Part shown: piece by piece, positions 60,020-64,000 of the stretch
Position numbering within the stretch: position 1 is the stretch's first letter
Layout of the letters: each line of letters opens with the position of its first letter
Assembly: GCF_963921235.1 (NCBI RefSeq)
Contig: NC_086097.1
Coordinates: forward strand, 148,492,001-148,556,000
Length of the DNA stretch: 64,000 bases
DNA from: Mobula hypostoma
Taxonomy: Eukaryota
Direction of reading: 5' to 3'
Translations under genes and position numbers: made by a program
Notes under the pieces: generated by a model
The model's database searches: none
Seen by the model: only the letters and a program-made list of their open reading frames with translations
Told to the model about the DNA's origin: nothing

Positions 60020-61885
60020 CTAGTTAAATGGCGATTGACCCTCAGCTCATCATTCCATCCTCACGGCCCCTTGTCCCAATCATCTAGGATCTTGAATACC
60101 AGATTCGCCAAGCCCTACAGCACAAGCCTGACACACCTGACAACTGCACGTACGTGCTGGCAGCTGTGCGCTCTGAGGCAGTCCAGTGGGCCCACTTCTC
60201 ACCCCCCTTCTCTCTAAGTGCACAACGGACCCTGGATTTTCTGCGATACTTGTTCTGGTGGCCCACCATGATCTCAAGGTGCACATTAGATCATTGCTGC
60301 CTACCCTTAATATGCCCAGTCCAATTCCTTGAACCAGCAGCTCTTTGGGCTCCTGCGGCCCCTACCAGTCCCTTGATGCTTATGACATCACATTGCCATG
60401 GATTTCATCATGGGTTTGCTGCCTTCTGATGGAGCCACAGTGATCATGACAGTGGTGAACTGGTTCTCCAAGGCAGCCTACTTCCTTGCCCTCCCCAAAT
60501 TTCTGCAGCCACTGAGTCAGCAAAACTGGTTCTCCAACAAATAGTTTGCCTCTACCGTTACTCTCAGGCCATTGTGTTGGGCAAGGGCCCACAATTCGTC
60601 TCCCACTTCTGGTGGGCCTTCTTCTCCCTCCTCAACACCTCAGTGAGTTTGTCCTCTGGCTAACTTCAGCAGACCAACAGTCAATCAGAAAGAGCCAAAT
60701 GGAGAAGGTTCTGCGGTGCTTCACTGCCCCTAACTCTTCCATATGGAAGAAGCACCAGCTCTGGGCCAAGCTGTCCCACAATCTACACACCTCCTCTGCT
60801 CAGGAATATCACCCTTTGAAGTGCTTCATGGCTACAAACCCCCATTCTTCCACACCAGCAGTGGAAGTCCTGTCCGGGCCCTGGTTCACCATTGCTGGAA
60901 TGCTTGGAAGAGGGCATAGAGCCTGGGGATTATGTCTGGCTGTCCCTACACACTGACTCCTGCAAGCTCTTGCCCTGGTTCATTGGTCCTTTTAAGATTA
61001 GCCGTTGTATCAACCCTGCCTCTAGCTGCCATCCTCCCTCAGGATCACATCTACATTCCATGTGACCTGCCTTAAGCCTGTTGTCCATGGATTACTCAAT
61101 CCACCTGAGCCTACACCTCCAGAACCAGTGATGGTGGAAAGTAGTGCAGTGTACACAGTTTGGCATTTGATGGATTCATGTTGTTGCGGGCAGGGTGTGT
61201 GGTACCGGGTTAACTGGGAAGGGTGCATCCCAAAGGAGAAGTCTTAGGTGCTGTCCAGTTTCTTCTTAGATCTATTGCTCATTGAGGAGTTCCTGCAGAC
61301 CCATCCAGATTGTCTAGGGCCAACGGTTTCTGGCCGTAGGATGGGTGAGGGTGGGTGTGTGTGTGGTTCCTGTCGGGCCTGCACAGGAATCTCCACCCAG
61401 CTAACAGAAGTCATCTGCCCAAACACAAAATACTCCGCAGATGCTGGGGTCAAAGCAACACTCACAACACACTGGAGGAACTCAGCATGGCGGGCAACAT
61501 CTGTGGAAACGATCAGTCAACCTGACGAAGGATTCTGGCCTGAAACGTTGACTGATCATTTCCACAGATGCTACCTGACCTGCTGACTTCCTCCAGCGTG
61601 TTGTGAGTAAAGTCACCTGCCACTCATTTCCATCTTATCGCCTGCAGCCCACTTAAACCCTGCTCTCATCCACAGTTCCTTTTCACCCACTGAACCAGCC
61701 AGCCTCAACTATTTGCTCTTAGCCTTTGGTTGCCTCATTGTCTTGTTGAGATAGGTATCTGTACTCTTCCATTTTGTGCCCCTTGTGGTTTGTTATTTTG
61801 CAGTTTATTATTAACCCTCTCGCTCAGCGCTGAATCATCTCCACTGCTCAGCATTTGGGTCAACCCTCCTCTACATTTCCTGACA
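60020..61885 (+). mobile_element. Chromovirus-type Gypsy 3' remnant (integrase, chromodomain, PPT, LTR at about 61360-61885)
   Basis: [41 protein letters not shown] and YTVWHLMDS..YRVNWEG..EKS*; LTR ends CCTGACA. Confidence 0.85.
61421..61608. mobile_element. Fold-back Penelope-tail mini-element with the hammerhead core as its loop
   Basis: Arms at 61460-61521 and 61547-61608; loop CTGACGAAGGATTCTGGCCTGAAAC. TSD AAGTCA(T/C)CTGCC at 61408-61419 and 61610-61621. Confidence 0.88.
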
Positions 61886-62287
61886 CATTCCGTCCTTATG
61901 GTATTCAAGGATCTGCAGTTTTCTCATTGGTCAGATCAGTAACATGAGGACTTTCGAAATCAGAGTAAGAGCAAATCACCGTTATTTCCTTGGGATTGCC
62001 TAAGAAGAAGAAGAGAACCATCCCTTCCAAATATCTTTCACCACCTCTGTTGTTCCACTATTTAGCAACTACCCACTCTCAGTTTGTTTAGTGAGACAGA
62101 TCTGAAATAACAGCAGTAGGCATGCTCATACTGGAGCCATGAGACAGTGGTAGCTTGCACACTTTACTTTAAAACAGTCCTGAAGTTTATTTTATGGGTT
62201 TCTCATCTCCCCTATTTTGTATACATAAAAAATTAGGCCATTGTCCATTTCTTTATCTTTGCATAAAAATTACCGTGTTTGTAATTG

Positions 62288-62760
62288 TGTCAGGACGCTG
62301 GAGTAGGCATCCAATCGCAGACCCAGTACTGTGCTCACAGTGATATTAGTTGAGTAACAAATCCCAAGGTGCAAATAAAGTCAGCATCAAAGTTCAGGCA
62401 GAGATCAAAAATCCAGAGAAATCCAATAACCGGAATCAGGAAGCAGGCAGAGTCAATATTCAGACAGAGTACAGATACAAATGCAAATGCTGGAAAGGCT
62501 TAGGAAAATCCATTGGCACAATCTGGCAACAAATAGGTGAAAACACAGGACTGAACTACACTGGGCAATAAATAGAGAGGCAGATGATAGGTGGAGCACA
62601 ATGAGACACAGGTGGCAGCTATACAGGTAATAATGAGAAACAAATGAGAGACAGAGCACTCAGTAATACAGGGGACAGGAGCACATGGCAATACAAAACC
62701 ACAGACTAACAGCTAGGGGGAAACACATAAAAAGACAGAGTTCAACTGGAGGTACTGACA
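62288..62760 (-). mobile_element. Solo LTR, 473 bp
   Basis: TGTCAG..CTGACA termini; perfect 5-bp TSD AATTG at 62283-62287 and 62761-62765. Confidence 0.9.
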
Positions 62761-63429
62761 AATTGGGAAAATATGAAAAAAATGAGAAAGGGGAAAGAAT
62801 TTAACAGAAGGTAAAAGGATAATAATTAGAAGCATTGGTGAAAGTTTGCAAAAATCAGTCCATACGGAGTAATTTATTCTGCTCCTTTTAATTTAACCTG
62901 ACAGCTCTATTGAGTAACTATCAAAAAACCATATTTGCAGGGTGATGTGTTTTATCCAGCTCAGCATTCCCAGCTTTATAATCTAATATTTAAAGACAGT
63001 GCAGCATGTCCTGTGATCTGAGTAACGTGACTTATCATGGCAATATGACACTTCCATCCAGTGAGGGATATGGAGGGCTATGTCCAGGTCGATTGGACTA
63101 GGCAGAATAATAGGTTGGCATGGACTAGATCGGCCAAAGTGTCTGTTTCTGTGCTGTAATGTTCTATCACTCTATTACTCTATTACAGTACGCAATACTG
63201 TAGTCCAAGGGTCGGAGTTTGGTATTTTATATTGAGAGACATGTTAGTTCTTGAGGCAAAATAGCTTTGGATCTGGAAAAACAAATGAAGGCCATAGAAA
63301 AACTTAGTATTTATTTAGATATTCATCAGACTCACACTCAACAGCCTGATGCCATTGATTGCAGGTTTAAATTAGACTTTCAATGTACTTAGTATGATCT
63401 GTTGGGAGAAACCCAAAACTAATTCTTGT

Positions 63430-63900
63430 TTTTGCTTTTTGGGATCTGGGCTCTGCTGAAAAGGTCGACATATTTTGCCAATCTCTAACTGCCTCAGGGA
63501 AAATACTATAGAGGCACTTTCTTTAATATCCACAGGACTTTTGCCAACGGTACGTGCACAATACGGCTTGGGAATGCAGATCCCAGCAGCAAGGAAGGAT
63601 TAGTGATATATTTCCAAATCCAGGATGACGTGAGCTTGGAGGGTAATATACAAGTGATGGTGTTTCTACGCCCTTGAAGCATTGTCCTTTTTGGTGGTAG
63701 ATTTCACTGGCTTGTTAGGTACTGTCTAGACAAACTACTGTGGTGCATTTTGTTGGCTACTACATGCCAGAGACAGAGAGAACGAGCGTGCAGATTGATG
63801 GATGAAGTGCAAATCAAGTGGGCTGTTTTGCCCTAAGATATATTAATATTTCTCAGTGTCATTATAAACCACAGAGGGTTTATCATTCCCATGTTTTGCA
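63430..63900 (-). mobile_element. Old CR1/L2-like LINE 3' remnant; related remnant at about 36170-36640
   Basis: Shares degenerate blocks with 36170-36640 (TTTTGCC.ATC..TAA.TG.C, G(A/G)TATATTT..AA). Confidence 0.45.
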
Positions 63901-64000
63901 GGTAGTAGAAAGACCCTGATATGTCAGGAGTGAGTTGCGCATGGCAGCAAACCTGGCCTCTTCTCTGCATTATTTGTGACAGTATTTATATGGCAAGCCC

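Overview
AT-rich, CpG-depleted vertebrate DNA, apparently intronic or intergenic. The repeat complement (CR1, Rex1/Babar, V-SINE, DeuSINE/SacSINE1-like, Neptune-type Penelope elements) suggests a cartilaginous fish, probably a ray; this is inference. I found no host protein-coding exon, tRNA or rRNA that I can support. Nearly all long ORFs are transposon remnants. Main structures: (1) a full-length decayed Mag-type Gypsy element (47580-53921) with both LTRs, PBS, PPT and a 5-bp TSD; (2) a Gmr1-type Gypsy remnant, a chromodomain Gypsy remnant and several solo LTRs; (3) Tc1, mariner-MITE and hAT elements; (4) R4/Dong fragments next to a (TAA)n repeat; (5) several repeat-free, enhancer-like islands. 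The most striking signal is a set of Penelope-derived insertions carrying minimal hammerhead ribozyme motifs (CUGANGA-helix II-GAAAC-GUH). They occur as a 1.45-kb inverted-repeat insertion, as 155-190 bp non-coding mini-elements and as a fold-back hairpin whose loop is exactly the ribozyme core. These four insertions have 12-14 bp target duplications, and at least two show clear 3' microhomology to the target. Family names come from motif recognition by eye, not database searches, and boundaries of old fragments are approximate.
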